A DNA stretch of 64,000 nucleotides, taken from NCBI RefSeq assembly GCF_006345805.1, contig NC_043007.1, positions 32,984,001-33,048,000 of the forward strand, given 5' to 3'. Shown here in pieces: positions 36,462-49,451 of this stretch. Every line of letters begins with the position of its first letter. The stretch's first letter is position 1. A model generated the notes under the pieces. That model did not search any database. It was not told the DNA's origin and saw nothing but the letters and a program-made list of their open reading frames with translations. A program made the translations under genes and the position numbers. The stretch is from Octopus sinensis (Eukaryota).

Positions 36462-36591
36462 CATATAGACAATTCAAAGAACACAATTAAAAGAAAGGAA
36501 AAAAGAAGGAAAAAACGAACGTGAGGACATGCTCAAGCAATGAGTTAATTTAACGCTCGATGAAAGCGAGTTAGATACATACATACGTATA

Positions 36592-36639
<48 letters not shown>

Positions 36640-36666
36640 GCATACATACATACATACATACATACA

Positions 36667-36700
<34 letters not shown>

Positions 36701-36739
36701 CATATACGCAGTCTGTGATGTGTATATTTTATGTTTTTG

Positions 36740-37455
36740 ATTTTGTTGACTACACAGTGTAGTAGGGTCAGTTGGGCACCACCGTCTGTGAGAAAAACAC
36801 AGCACCATGCCAGAAATTTGGAAACGACATGCTGTACTGCTTGTCATTCGCGCCAGAAGCTGCAATACGACCATTTCAGAGTGTCTGTGTGTCAATCTGA
36901 GGACAGTGCATATAGCAAGAATGATAAAATCAAACTTCCGTTCAGCATTATGGTGTTTGGAGTGATCCTGAGTGATGGCGACGTTATGTCTCAACATGCC
37001 TCAGACTCAACACGGAGGCCTACATCAAGTGCTTGGAGGAGTTAATACTGACCTGTGTCAAGAGGGTAGCTGCTGGAAGATCCTATGCCTGCCAACAGGA
37101 CTCTGCAGCATGCTACTTACGCAGGAGAACCTAGTCATGACCGTCAGACAATTTTTGCGACCACATCACCCCTAATATCTGTCTACCTGTCTCCTCAGAC
37201 TGCAACCGACTTCATTATAGTGTGTGGGGCGCAGTTAAGCGAGAGACCAACAAAACTCCTTGCAACAGCAAAAATGAACTGAAAGTAAAGATTATGGAAG
37301 CGTTCGCCTTCTTAAACAAGAAGAACGTCCAGAAGAGTTGCAGGAGATTCGGAAGTTGTCTGGAGGCCGTGATTGAAGCCAATTACGTTTTTATTTAATT
37401 AACTTACTATTTAGTATTTCAGTTATTTTCATTTTCGAGAAATTTAGACAATATA
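36740..37455 (+). mobile_element. Internally deleted Tc1/mariner transposon (maT/DD37D-like)
   Basis: Remnants IMVFGVILSDG, LNTEAYIKCLEE, QQDSAAC, SSDCNRLHYSVWGAV (cf. SPDCNPLDYYVWG) and CRRFGSCLEAVIEAN. Confidence 0.78.
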
Positions 37456-37458
37456 TCT

Positions 37459-37508
<50 letters not shown>

Positions 37509-37556
37509 ACTATACCTGTATATATATATGTATATATATATTATATATATATATAT

Positions 37557-37600
<44 letters not shown>

Positions 37601-37674
37601 TATTATATATATATATATATATATAATATATATCTGTGTGTTATGTAAGTATATATATAATATATATATAATAT

Positions 37675-37875
37675 ATTTATTTTATAGAAGGAGCTTCTAC
37701 AGGACTAGAACTGTTTCATTCAAAAGAAATCATCAGGAACCTGGGCTTCCTGATGATTTCTTTTGAATGAAACAGTTCTAGTCCTGTAGAAGCTCCTTCT
37801 ATAAAATAAATTAATTTACTCTGCTATGTATTGAGTACTTATTTACTGTGGTTAACCCCGACTCAACCCGGGACC
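37675..37875 (+). mobile_element. Putative PLE terminal fragment with a perfect 65-bp fold-back hairpin
   Basis: Arms 37675-37739 and 37747-37811 are exact reverse complements. Same family as 62311-62481. Flanked by (TA)n-rich tracts. Confidence 0.8.
37745..37793 (+). ncRNA. Type I hammerhead ribozyme motif
   Basis: Stem I GCTTC/GAAGC; core CTGATGA; stem II TTTC-tttt-GAAT (first pair U-U); GAAA; stem III ACAG/CTGT; cleavage triplet GTA. Confidence 0.75.
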
Positions 37876-37886
37876 ACATATATATC

Positions 37887-37917
<31 letters not shown>

Positions 37918-38358
37918 TAGTTTACAGTGTTAATAGGTTACACTGTATAATATCATTTTCACTCTCCACGCTGTCACACTTATGATGTACTACCGTTTCT
38001 CACATTTACACCTTACCTGCCACGATATTCATTCGCCAGTAAATTATACACTAATCATCTTAGACCCACTCCCAATGAACATATATCTGAGGGTAAGATA
38101 AGGCCGACCCTGTCTTAATATAAATTTCCTTACCTTATGCAGTCACACTGTTTACTTGTGTGTGTGTGGGAGGGTGTTTGTATGTATTTGCGTTTTTATG
38201 TACATATATGTATGTATGTAAGTACGTGCGCATGTATGTATGTATGTGTATCTGTCTCACAATTTTCGAAAAAGTGCAACTGACTATGCACTTTGAGACT
38301 GTGGTTACTTCTGTCTTTTTTTACTATATTTAGCTCCATCATATATATATATCATGTA

Positions 38359-38408
<50 letters not shown>

Positions 38409-38814
38409 TATATGATATATATGATATATATGTATGTATGTAAGCATGTATGTATGTATGTATGTATGTATGTATGTATGTATGTACGTATGCATGTATG
38501 TGTGTATGTATGTATGTATGTATGTATTATGCATGTATGTGTGTATGTATGTATGTTTGTATGAATGTATGTATGTATATAGTGTTAGAAGTGGTGTACA
38601 GATATTGATTATTGAGAAATATAATCGTCTGTCTCTCTATATATATACAAACGTATATATATATACATATATATATATGTATATATATATATATGTGTAT
38701 GTGTGTGTGAGAGTCTACATATATACATTATATGTATGTGTGTGTATATATTTATATTTATATATATACATATATGTATATATATGTATACACACACACA
38801 TATGTATATATATG

Positions 38815-38990
<176 letters not shown>

Positions 38991-39631
38991 ACACACATCC
39001 ATACGTATTTCTGTGTGTATACACATATATATACACAACCTAATTAGTAGAAAAAGTGCTTTTAATGACGATGTGTCAATTAAGATGAAGCATAAAATGA
39101 ATAGCGAACAATGGGCGATAATGAACATTCAATTAATGGACACCGTTTTGACTGCAGCACAACGAACGGGAGATCAGCGAAAACAAAACGATTGTCTTTC
39201 GTTGTGAAATCTTCGTTTTGTCTTGCTTTTGTTGCTAATCGAAGCATTATACAGGCTAGCATTCGCTCTCTCTCTCTCTCTCTCTTCTCTCTCTCCCTTC
39301 ACACGCTCACGCTGGAACAAATACACGCACATACGAACGCACATATATATGATATATATGATATTGTTAATATATGATATTCATACGAAACTCGTAACTA
39401 TCATGTCATCAACTGCTTACGTACAAATATTTATCCTATGTAATGTACTGAGTGCTCGTTCTTTTTATTTCTCTATTATTTCTCAATTCTTCCTCCCCTT
39501 CCTCCTCCTCTTTTTCCTCCTCCTCCCACTCTTTCTCTCCCTCTCTCCCTTCTCTCTCTCTCTCATAGAGCATAGTGGAGTCATAGGGTTGTAAGCTTAC
39601 AACCCTATGACCCCACTATGCTCCATGCTCT

Positions 39632-39873
39632 ACTTTTTACTCTTTTACTTGTTTCAGTCATTTCACTGCGGCCATGCTGCAGTACCGCCCAATTTTTTTA
39701 GTCGAGCAAATCGACCCCAAGACTTATTCTTTGTAAGCCTAGTACATATTCTTTGTAAGAATAACTCTTATCGGAACTCTTTTGCCGAACGCTAAGTTAC
39801 GGGGACGTAAACACATCAGTATCGGTTGTCAAGCGATGGTGGGGGACAAACACAGACACACAAACACATACAC

Positions 39874-39940
<67 letters not shown>

Positions 39941-40030
39941 TAGAAGACAGTTGCTGAAGGTGTCATGCAGTGGGACTGAACCCGGAACGATGTGGTTGGT
40001 AAGCAAGCTACTTACCACACAGCCACTCCT
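39632..40030 (-). mobile_element. SINE C, near full length
   Basis: Head at 39975-40030 and tail at 39632-39700; part of the core is replaced by (TA)n. Confidence 0.88.
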
Positions 40031-40429
40031 AGGCTCTGTTAAAATATTTAAGAAAAATTATATTAAAATGTCCTACTTGTTAAAATTCCATTTATTTATG
40101 CAGCTGAAGAAGGCACTAAATTTAAATCGATGTAATGATTGAGTTAGTCAATTAAATGGATCCGCTTGAAACGGTCGTACAGCATAACTATTTGATATAC
40201 TGTTGTTTATTTTGATTTTATATCTATAATATAAAAGACAAGAAAAAGACGAGAAAAATGACAACGCGAGGACGTGGCACATGCAAAATATTAATAAGAC
40301 GCTCAGAGAGTGAAAGAAAGAGTGGTTAGTTTATGCTTCGAGCAAAGCTCTTCTGAAACAGGAGACATAGGAAAGTCCAAAAGAAAAGGAAGGAAAAGGA
40401 AAAAAATTGTCAACGGTCCACGTGTAGTT

Positions 40430-40475
<46 letters not shown>

Positions 40476-40825
40476 GAGGATATAATTATAATCCAAGCTC
40501 TCTCATCAGTACTTCGTGTAGGAATCTGGCTGGCGTAGTGATCCAATAACCGAAGGAAGATATGTTATATCTAATATTAATGATAAAAGGAGCACTTCGC
40601 AAAGCCAAAATATGTATATCCAGCAGGCATGATGTATTATTAACTCACGGAGTTGATAATCATTCAGGTGAAGAAAAGAGAAGCAAAGTCGATATTACAT
40701 ACGTTTCCGTAAACTTATCATTTATTCCATATTGCATATAACGCTATGCAATATATGCAACATATGCAGAATATACAATATATGTGGCATATGCAGAATA
40801 TGCAATATATGTGGCATATATAATA

Positions 40826-41090
40826 TGTTGTGTTCTTGAGCAAGGCACTTTATTTTCACGTTGCTCCAGTTCACTCAACTGTAGAAATGAGTTGCGACGT
40901 CACAGGTGCCAAGCTGTATCGACCTTTGTCTTTCCCTTGGATAACACTGGTGGCGTGGAGAGGGGAGGCTGGTATGCATGGGCGACTGCTGGTCTTCCAT
41001 AAACAACCTTGCCCGGACTTGTGTCTAGGAGGGTAACTTTCTAGGTACAATCCCATGGTCATTCATGACCGAAGGGGGTCTTTACCCTTT
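40826..41090 (+). mobile_element. SINE family D (CORE-like domain, head missing)
   Basis: gtgttcttgagcaaggcactttattttcacgttgctccagttcactcaactg.. ending in gggggtctttaccctt. Confidence 0.65.
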
Positions 41091-41975
41091 ATATAATATT
41101 TCATCAACAGATTTATTATCCGTCAGAGAAGACTTCAGTCAGTTAATCAAAGTAAAAGAAAATCAGTTGAATACCTCTCACACTACAAAACGAATTCCTC
41201 TCAGCGCGCTATTACGACCTTTTTGGTGACACTGGTCAATGAGCAGTCTAGCCAGCCAGAATCAGCTTGACACATACATATATATTCGCACACAGACACA
41301 CACACAAACACACAGACACACACACACACAGAGGGTTTCTTTCAGTTTCCATCTAAGAAAATCTACTCACATGGCTTTGATCGGCCTGAGTCTTTAGTAG
41401 AAGACACTTGCCCCAGGTGTCACGCATTGGGACTGAGCTCAGAACTATGTATTTTACTATTTTTCAATGTAGATGGTTATAACTTTTAAATATTTGTATT
41501 GCTTTAAAAACATAATTGCAGATAAAATGCAACTTAAAATTTTAATTACAGAGGAGTATTAGATTTAATTTTTATTTTTTAATAATTGTAATATCTTGAC
41601 TACATTATATTTTACTTGTCATTCTGGAGCACCACGTTGTACTTACCACATATATATGCACACACACACACACATACATTATAAGTGCATTACTATGGTA
41701 GTTTTCACATTAAGAGTCCCTCCTAGCGTGAAGCATTTATAGTAATGCCCTTAATATATATATATATATAAATATATTTAAAGGGAATAATTAACAAATT
41801 TTTCCCTTACGAGGGTTTTCACGCTACCTACTTGATAATCTCTTATAAAGATTTTATCCTATTTTAAAATTATATATTATATAAATGTGTATATATATAT
41901 ATATACATATATATATATTATATATATATATATATATTTATATAAAATACATGTGTATATATATATACATATATT

Positions 41976-42024
<49 letters not shown>

Positions 42025-42111
42025 AGATAGATAGATAGATTGCTTTATTTCGGAAGAGATCATAGTGCCAATTTATTCACACACATTGGTTGTATTTAAG
42101 TTAATCGTTAA

Positions 42112-42188
42112 TTAATTGATTGATTGATTGATTGATTTATTCTAGTTTCAGCTCATGAGCTGTGGCCATGCTGGGGCACCGCCATTTA
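42112..42188 (-). mobile_element. Ultra-short 3' stub of the CR1 family with a (AATC)n tail
   Basis: tagtttcagctcatgagctgtggccatgctggggcaccgccattt at 42143-42187 matches 2768-2812. Confidence 0.85.
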
Positions 42189-43002
42189 GGTATAGAAAGT
42201 AAAGAACTTTTTAATTGATTAATTGGTTTCGCAAATTTCTCTCGTCCCAGCTTGCGACGTTGTACCGGTTACTATGTAGCACACATGACATTTTCATGCT
42301 TGCGCATGCGCTTTGTTGCTTGATCTTTGCACTCTTTGCGAATTCATAAACAGAACAAAGACCAGAACCAGCCTGTACGTCGCATCGGCCTTTTAAAGAG
42401 GATAACTTTTCTCATATGCGCTTTCACATAATAAAAAAAAAAATTATGAATTGAATAATATATAAACTGTCAAAATAGGAAGTAGTCAGAGGTCACTGAA
42501 AACAACTTCAAAAGATTCTGCGACAGATGTTACGTTAATAAAAACTCTTAGGCAAGTTAAGAAAGACAAACTTAATCAATATAAACTCTGATAAAACGCA
42601 CACGCACACCTGATGCACAAGCACAAACATACTTGATAAGCACGAGGACAAACACACATACGTAACTAAGTAAATGTATGAATACATACACTGGCGGTAA
42701 TGTGGCACCCTAGCAATTTGAAATCGATGCTAGAGAAAAGAATCCAAGCCAGTCGTACATCGACTTTCGATCGAGAAGGTTAGTGAAATGCCGTAACAAT
42801 AATATTCCCCGGATAACTAAAGAAGCAAAACTAAAAAAAAAAGTAAAATCGTTAAAAGTCCGTGAGATGCTATTGGCAAGATTACCCTTCCATAGATTTT
42901 GAAGCTCTAACAGATTATATATACAAAAATATATGCATACATACTTATATGCACAATTACATACACACACATATATGTATGTATGTATGTATGTACGTAT
43001 GC

Positions 43003-43035
<33 letters not shown>

Positions 43036-43328
43036 TGTATGTATGTACGTATGTATGCATGTATGTATGTAGGTATGTATACATACATGCATACACACAC
43101 ACACACACACACACCACACATATATATATATATATATATGAACAATTTTAAATGTTGTTGGATTTTTATCGTAAGGTATTGGAATCTTACATACATACCA
43201 TTCTGTCTAAAAAATGGATCTACAATTTCAATGTCCCTACATATCTCCTATCTATTTTCTTTCCTCCACCTCACACTCTCCTTTGTATTCCATCTAAATT
43301 ATTTTTTACTTAATCATCCTCTCACACT

Positions 43329-43380
43329 GTCTCCGATGAAGGGATATAATTAATAAATATCTTGGAAACAGCTGTAAGAC
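43329..43380 (+). ncRNA. Minimal type I hammerhead-like motif (PLE type), mutated
   Basis: Stem I GTCT/AGAC; core CCGATGA (U4C); wobble-rich stem II GGGATA/TATCTT; GAAAC-AGCT-GT with palindrome ACAGCTGT; triplet GTA. Confidence 0.6.
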
Positions 43381-43444
43381 CTATCTATAAAATTTCTAAT
43401 ATCTACACAGCCTTGTTTTTTTTCTAATTACGCAAAAAATCCTC

Positions 43445-43545
<101 letters not shown>

Positions 43546-43802
43546 ATTATATATGTATGTATATATAGGATGCAAAATAGCACCAGCGATTGCTAAAATA
43601 AGATTCAAAAAATTAACTCTGAGACCACAAAGAGACACAAAACTCAATTACATTTACGGGGAGTGGACACAGCAAACCTTTATTTATTAATTCCTTTTGG
43701 GTTTTTAATTTCTATCGAGCCAATTATACTATAATGTGTTTAATATATCTTAATATATTGATAAATCATTGTAGTATCTTCTTGTCTTGATATATATATA
43801 TA

Positions 43803-44998
43803 TTGGGTTGGCAACTAAGTTTCCGCCGTTTTTTTAAATTTTGGAATGTATTGCATTATTAAATTTTGGAATCTATTTTTCGAGAATTCTATTTTAGATT
43901 CATTTTGGAATCTATTTTGTGTGGGGTTTTTTCTAGTTAATTTTAGTTAATTTTAATTATTTTCACGTCATTAAAATGGAATGTCAAGTTCAGAAAAACG
44001 AGCATTTTCGACACCTACTTCTTTTTGCTTTTAATCAAGGTTCTAAGGCTGCAAAAGCTGCTCGCGACATTGTGCTGTGTATGGAGAGGGAGCCATAGCT
44101 GAAAGAACCACTCGTGTTTGGTATGCCAAGTTCAAAAATGGAAACTTTTACCTCAAAGACGCACCTCGTTCTGGTCGCCCAGTTGAGTTCGATGAAGAGC
44201 GATTAAACCAACTTTTGCACGAAAATTCTCATCAAACGACAATGGAACTGGCAGAGAATGCTCCAACACTGCTATAGAGAAGCATCTTCACTCGATGGGA
44301 AAGGTTCAGAAGTATGGGGCAAGTGACAACAACAAAAATAAACGAGCCACAATCTCCGTTGGTTTGCTTGCTCGCCACCGCTCAACTCATGGACACAAGC
44401 AACGATTTAATTACCGAATCGTTACTAGCGACGAAAAATGGTGCCTGTACATCAATATGAAGCAGCATAAGGAATGGCTTAGCCCCGGTAAACAAGAGAC
44501 ACAGCGCGTGAAACAAGACCATCATCCGCGTAAAACGACGTTGTGCGTATGGTGGGACTGGGAAGGAATTATCCATTACGAATTGTTTGAACGGAACTGA
44601 ACGATCAACGCGGAATTCTATGTTCAACAGATGGAACAACTCAACACAGCTACCCAAGAGAAAAGACCTAATGGAAGCATGGAGTTGTTCTGCTGCACGA
44701 CAACACCCCTCTCATATCGCCAATATGACCAAGGAAGCCATTCAAACGCATGGCTGGAAAGTGCTGCCACACCCGCCGTACTCTCTTGATTTGGCACCAA
44801 CAGATTTCCACCTCTTTTGATCTCTTTCAAATGCTATGCGCGGAGTTTCGTTCAATATTGATGCAGAATTGAGAGCTTGGTTGGAAAGAATTTGTAAACA
44901 AGGGTGAATACACTATTGAATAATTAGTTGTTATTTTTTATTAAACCTTTTAAAAATGTTAATTTTAAAAAACGGTGGGAACTTAGTTGCCAACCTAA
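43803..44998 (+). mobile_element. Mariner transposon (DD34D, mellifera-like), both TIRs, defective transposase
   Basis: TA TSDs at 43801-43802 and 44999-45000. TIR TTGGGTTGGCAACTAAGTT(T/C)CC. ATG at 43976 gives MECQVQKNEHFRHLLLF..RSGRP..RIVTSDEKW..HDN..HPPYSLDLAPTDFHLF. The WVPHEL motif is deleted and there are several frameshifts. Confidence 0.95.
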
Positions 44999-45039
44999 TA
45001 TATATATGATTATGTGTCTTTTGTATTTTAACTTATACT

Positions 45040-45377
45040 TTGTTTCAGACATTACACTGTGGCCATGCTGGGGCACCGCCTTGAAGAATTTTTAATCAAA
45101 TGCATCGACCCCACTACCTGTGTTTTTAAGCCTCATACTTATTCTACCAGTCTCACTAAGTTAGGTGACATAAACACACCAGCAGCGGTTGTCAAGCTGT
45201 CGTGGGGAACAAAGACAGAAACAAACACACGCACACACACAACAGGCTTCTTTCAGTTTCCGTCTACCAAATTTACCTAAAAGTTTTCATGGAGCTCAGA
45301 CTATACTAGAAGACACTTGCCCAGAATCCAGAAGCATGTGCTGGAGAAGGAAGCTTGTTACCACACAGCCACGCCTG
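45040..45377 (-). mobile_element. SINE C variant (internally deleted)
   Basis: Its tail ctgtggccatgctggggcaccgcc is identical to the CR1 3' end; core and decayed head are present. Confidence 0.8.
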
Positions 45378-45389
45378 ATATTATATATG

Positions 45390-45461
<72 letters not shown>

Positions 45462-46660
45462 GATATCTTTCTTTTATTTCCCTCCGGCCAACTTTACTCC
45501 GAGGAAGGACTCTTAACGCTGGATATTCCACTCACCACAATTTGACTTCACTATGTCTTTCTTTTCTTTCGATTTTTCTAAATAATACCGATCTTGACGA
45601 CGCATATCTGCACCATTCGCTTTTTAGATTTGGTTTTCTCATATTTACATTTACCATTTGAATCTTCCACGAAAAAATGAATGCCATTGAATCACATCAC
45701 CATCTTACTTCCACTCAGTATGTAAGGCCTCCTTTTTTACTCTTCTGGTCAAAACGTTACCATCATATTTTTGCTGACTGTCCTTTGATAAAGTTTTTTT
45801 CTAGCAGCTGTACTTGCGTTATCATTTTCCAGTTTTCTATTGATTTGGTTTGATTTCCATATGCTGCTTCAATCTCTCGGCACAGTTCTGTTTTTGTACT
45901 ACACTGTCTAATTATATCAGTCTTTATTCCCTTATCTTTCCATACCACATTGGCTGGTTACATTAACAATGCGATGAGTTGGCAGAGTTTTTAAAACTTC
46001 AGATAGAATGCGTCGCAGTATTCATTCAAATCGTACTGTGGTAAGCAATACACTACAAACTTCTAAGATCGATAATTAAAATAATATATTAATCCAGTAT
46101 AGGAGCCGATTGTCTTTCCTTTCCCTCTAGAAAACCTCGACTATATTCAGACATAGAGGGGAATGGATTTAAATAACCTAAACATGCTGTATGTCACATC
46201 GATGCCCCTAAGACTCAATCACGACTTTTAGGCGCTCAAAAAAAGGAAGATTACTCAAATAATTATGTAACGCATATTTTCAGAAGGTTAATTAGGAATT
46301 ACTTATAGTTAGATTTCTTGTATCAATCCTTATATTTTGAATATTTTATCAAGCTATCTCTTCTAATGTATTGCAAATTATATTTTTTTCTTGTTGTTCT
46401 TGTCGTTAATGCCGCTTTCAATGTTTTGATGTCGTTAATTTTATGGTCGCCATAGTCGTTTTTGTTGTTGTTGTTGTTGTTGTTGTTTTTGTTCTATGCA
46501 TAGATATCTCTTAATTTTAATTCATCATCGTCATGTTGTGTGTTTATTTTTTTACATATACAAAACAAGAAATGAATTCATCGTTGCAAGCCAAACGAAT
46601 TAATCAATAGTCAATTAATACAGTAGTTGCTAGCCAACTGATACACAAGTATATATATAT

Positions 46661-46709
<49 letters not shown>

Positions 46710-46994
46710 TGTATGGTGTCTATGTTTCCGCAATGCAGAAAAGTATTTTTCAACCAAACATCAAAATGCTACACAATGTGAGCGGTCAATTCTGCTAGAA
46801 ATAGCAACCAAATATCCTACTCTCAAATATTACAACCTATTACCTTAAAAAAACACATTGTGGATTCTGTGTGTGTGTGTGTGTGTCTGTGTCTGTGTGT
46901 GTGTGTGTGTGTGTGTGCTTGAGTTTGTGTATGTGTGTGTGTTTGTGTGTGTGTGTGTGTGGTGTGTGTGTGTGTGTGTGTGCGTGTGTGTGTG

Positions 46995-47640
46995 TGTGTA
47001 GTTAAGTAGGTCCCTGGGGCAGTTCTTTTTAATGTGGCCTGGCTGCAGGCACGAGTAACACTCGGGGACACGTCCCTCAAGTATCACCGGATACCTGCAG
47101 CCAGCCATTAAAAAAAAAAAATCTGGAAAAACCAGATCTGTTGCGGCCGATGGGGTACACAGGGTCAAAATCGCTTTTGACACTTCCCAATCGACCGCTA
47201 GCAATACTCTTACATTTAAGAGCCTGGTCCCCAGTCCCCGTCGGGAGGTATCTTCAACTCAACCCGCCTCGGTGCCTGGGTGTAACCCACATACCCAGGC
47301 TCTTATTAATTTCCTCCCGTAGTACTACGGGAGGAACAGAATTTCGCTGCCCTCCAAGGGTTGCCTCGCGAAATTGCGAGCCTACTCCGGCGTGTCAAAC
47401 AGCAACGATATGGTTACATGTTTGACACCGCGGGATATGTATTTCACAGAGGACAAATAGTCATTCAGTTCATTTTCTATAACTGGTTTTGTGAAGACGG
47501 TGAGGGTATCAAGAACTTTAGAATAAGTTCTAACCACCACCGTCTTCTCCTCTATATCTTTTAACCGCTGCTTCGGTGGGACAATCTCCCACACTACAAT
47601 TTTATACGTATTTTTTTGCCATGTCCAAAGCAATAGTTCA
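46995..47640 (-). pseudogene. Second, frameshifted copy of the zinc-knuckle ORF1
   Basis: WEIVPPKQRLKDIEEKTVVVRTYSKVL..VDWEVSKAILTL..GCRYPVILEGRVPECYSCLQPGHIKKNCP is collinear with 19090-19704. It is cut off by a (TG)n tract after the knuckle. Confidence 0.85.
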
Positions 47641-48311
47641 CAAAAAAGGAGAGAGAGAATTCACAAGAAAACAAAAGGGAAGAAAAAAGAAATAAAAAGC
47701 AAACAATTCAATAAAATAGTCACAATAGGAGAAGAAAACAATAGCTCAAAAAATACAGCAAAAAAATAAATCTTCTGGGCATTCATGTACTCCAAGCCAA
47801 TATGGTACTCCAATTAGAACCTGGACTGCTCCACTTGAGTACAGCTTTCCAACGTGGTTGTAAAATATACACTATTTACAAACAGCGAACGACTTTCGGT
47901 GGCAGGATAGTCACCAAACTATATTTCTCACAATGAAAAGAAAATTTCACTTCATGTGATCACTTGAAATACAGTTTTCCAATACTGGTAAATGTTGTTG
48001 TTATAAAAGCATACACTGTTAAAATGTATTTGAAGGATACGCCCATCAGACAATGAGAAAAAAATTTTCATTTACTATGGATCATGTTGCTGAGCCACTA
48101 GTAGACCAACATCCTGAATTCAGTGAGGATTTCCTGTTTGTAAAACATATAAGCACAGACAAAGACCCTCACTGGGTCCAAGAGAAAGGTTTTACCTTGC
48201 AGCAGCTTCTTTTGACAGGCTAAACACAGCCAACTATCTTCTTCAGTGCACAACACAATGACGCATGCGCACACTGACACCAAAGACTCATGGGAAGTAT
48301 GCAGGCTACTT

Positions 48312-48352
48312 GGTAAGCAAGCTACTTACCACACATCCACTCCTGCGCCCAT
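48312..48352 (-). mobile_element. Isolated SINE C head ending at the 16-mer target sequence
   Basis: ggtaagcaagctacttaccacacatccactcctgcgccc; no SINE body follows. Confidence 0.75.
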
Positions 48353-48360
48353 ATAGCTTG

Positions 48361-48404
<44 letters not shown>

Positions 48405-48859
48405 ATACATACATACATATATATACATACACATATATATATATATACATATATATACATATATATATATATGCACACAAACATATATATATATATATAT
48501 ACATACTCACACATTATATACACACGCATATACATATGCATACATACAAACATACATATACATACACATATGTATGTGTGAGTGAGTATAAAATACGCAC
48601 ATTGTACAACGAACGAGTAATAATATCTTAGAAGAAACCTACCTTTCGATGTTTACGCGATTGCCACAACGGCGAAATTTTTCTTAATTCATACTCTGTC
48701 ACCTGACAGGAAATGCAGATTTACATCATTTATAGAAATACAAAACAAACTTATTTTTTGAAAACAACAACAGAAACAGACTAGTTGATCACGGCCAGAA
48801 GGTCTGTCATATTTCTTCTCCATCAGAGATGACCTTCACTACCTACAGTACACCACCTT

Positions 48860-48941
48860 TATCATCATAATCATCACCAGCACCATCAACTATACCACCA
48901 CTACTATCTTCATCAGCATCATCACCAGCGTCATCAGCATT

Positions 48942-48980
<39 letters not shown>

Positions 48981-49085
48981 GTCATCATCATCGTCATCAT
49001 CATCATCATCGTCATCATCATCATTATCATCATCGTCATCATCATCATCATCATCATCAGCATCATCACCAGCGTCATCAGCATT

Positions 49086-49121
<36 letters not shown>

Positions 49122-49140
49122 GTCATCATCATCATCATCG

Positions 49141-49196
<56 letters not shown>

Positions 49197-49248
49197 GTCA
49201 TCATCATCGTCATCATCATCAGTATCATCATCATCATTACCATCATCG

Positions 49249-49295
<47 letters not shown>

Positions 49296-49338
49296 GTCAT
49301 CATCATCATCGTCATCATCATCATTATCATCATCGTCG

Positions 49339-49376
<38 letters not shown>

Positions 49377-49401
49377 GTCATCATCATCATTATCATCATC
49401 G

Positions 49402-49451
<50 letters not shown>

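Noticed and set aside
40728-40820. 9-bp inverted repeat and 27-bp tandem unit upstream of SINE D
   Set aside because: Low-complexity ATGC-rich minisatellite with no evidence of function.
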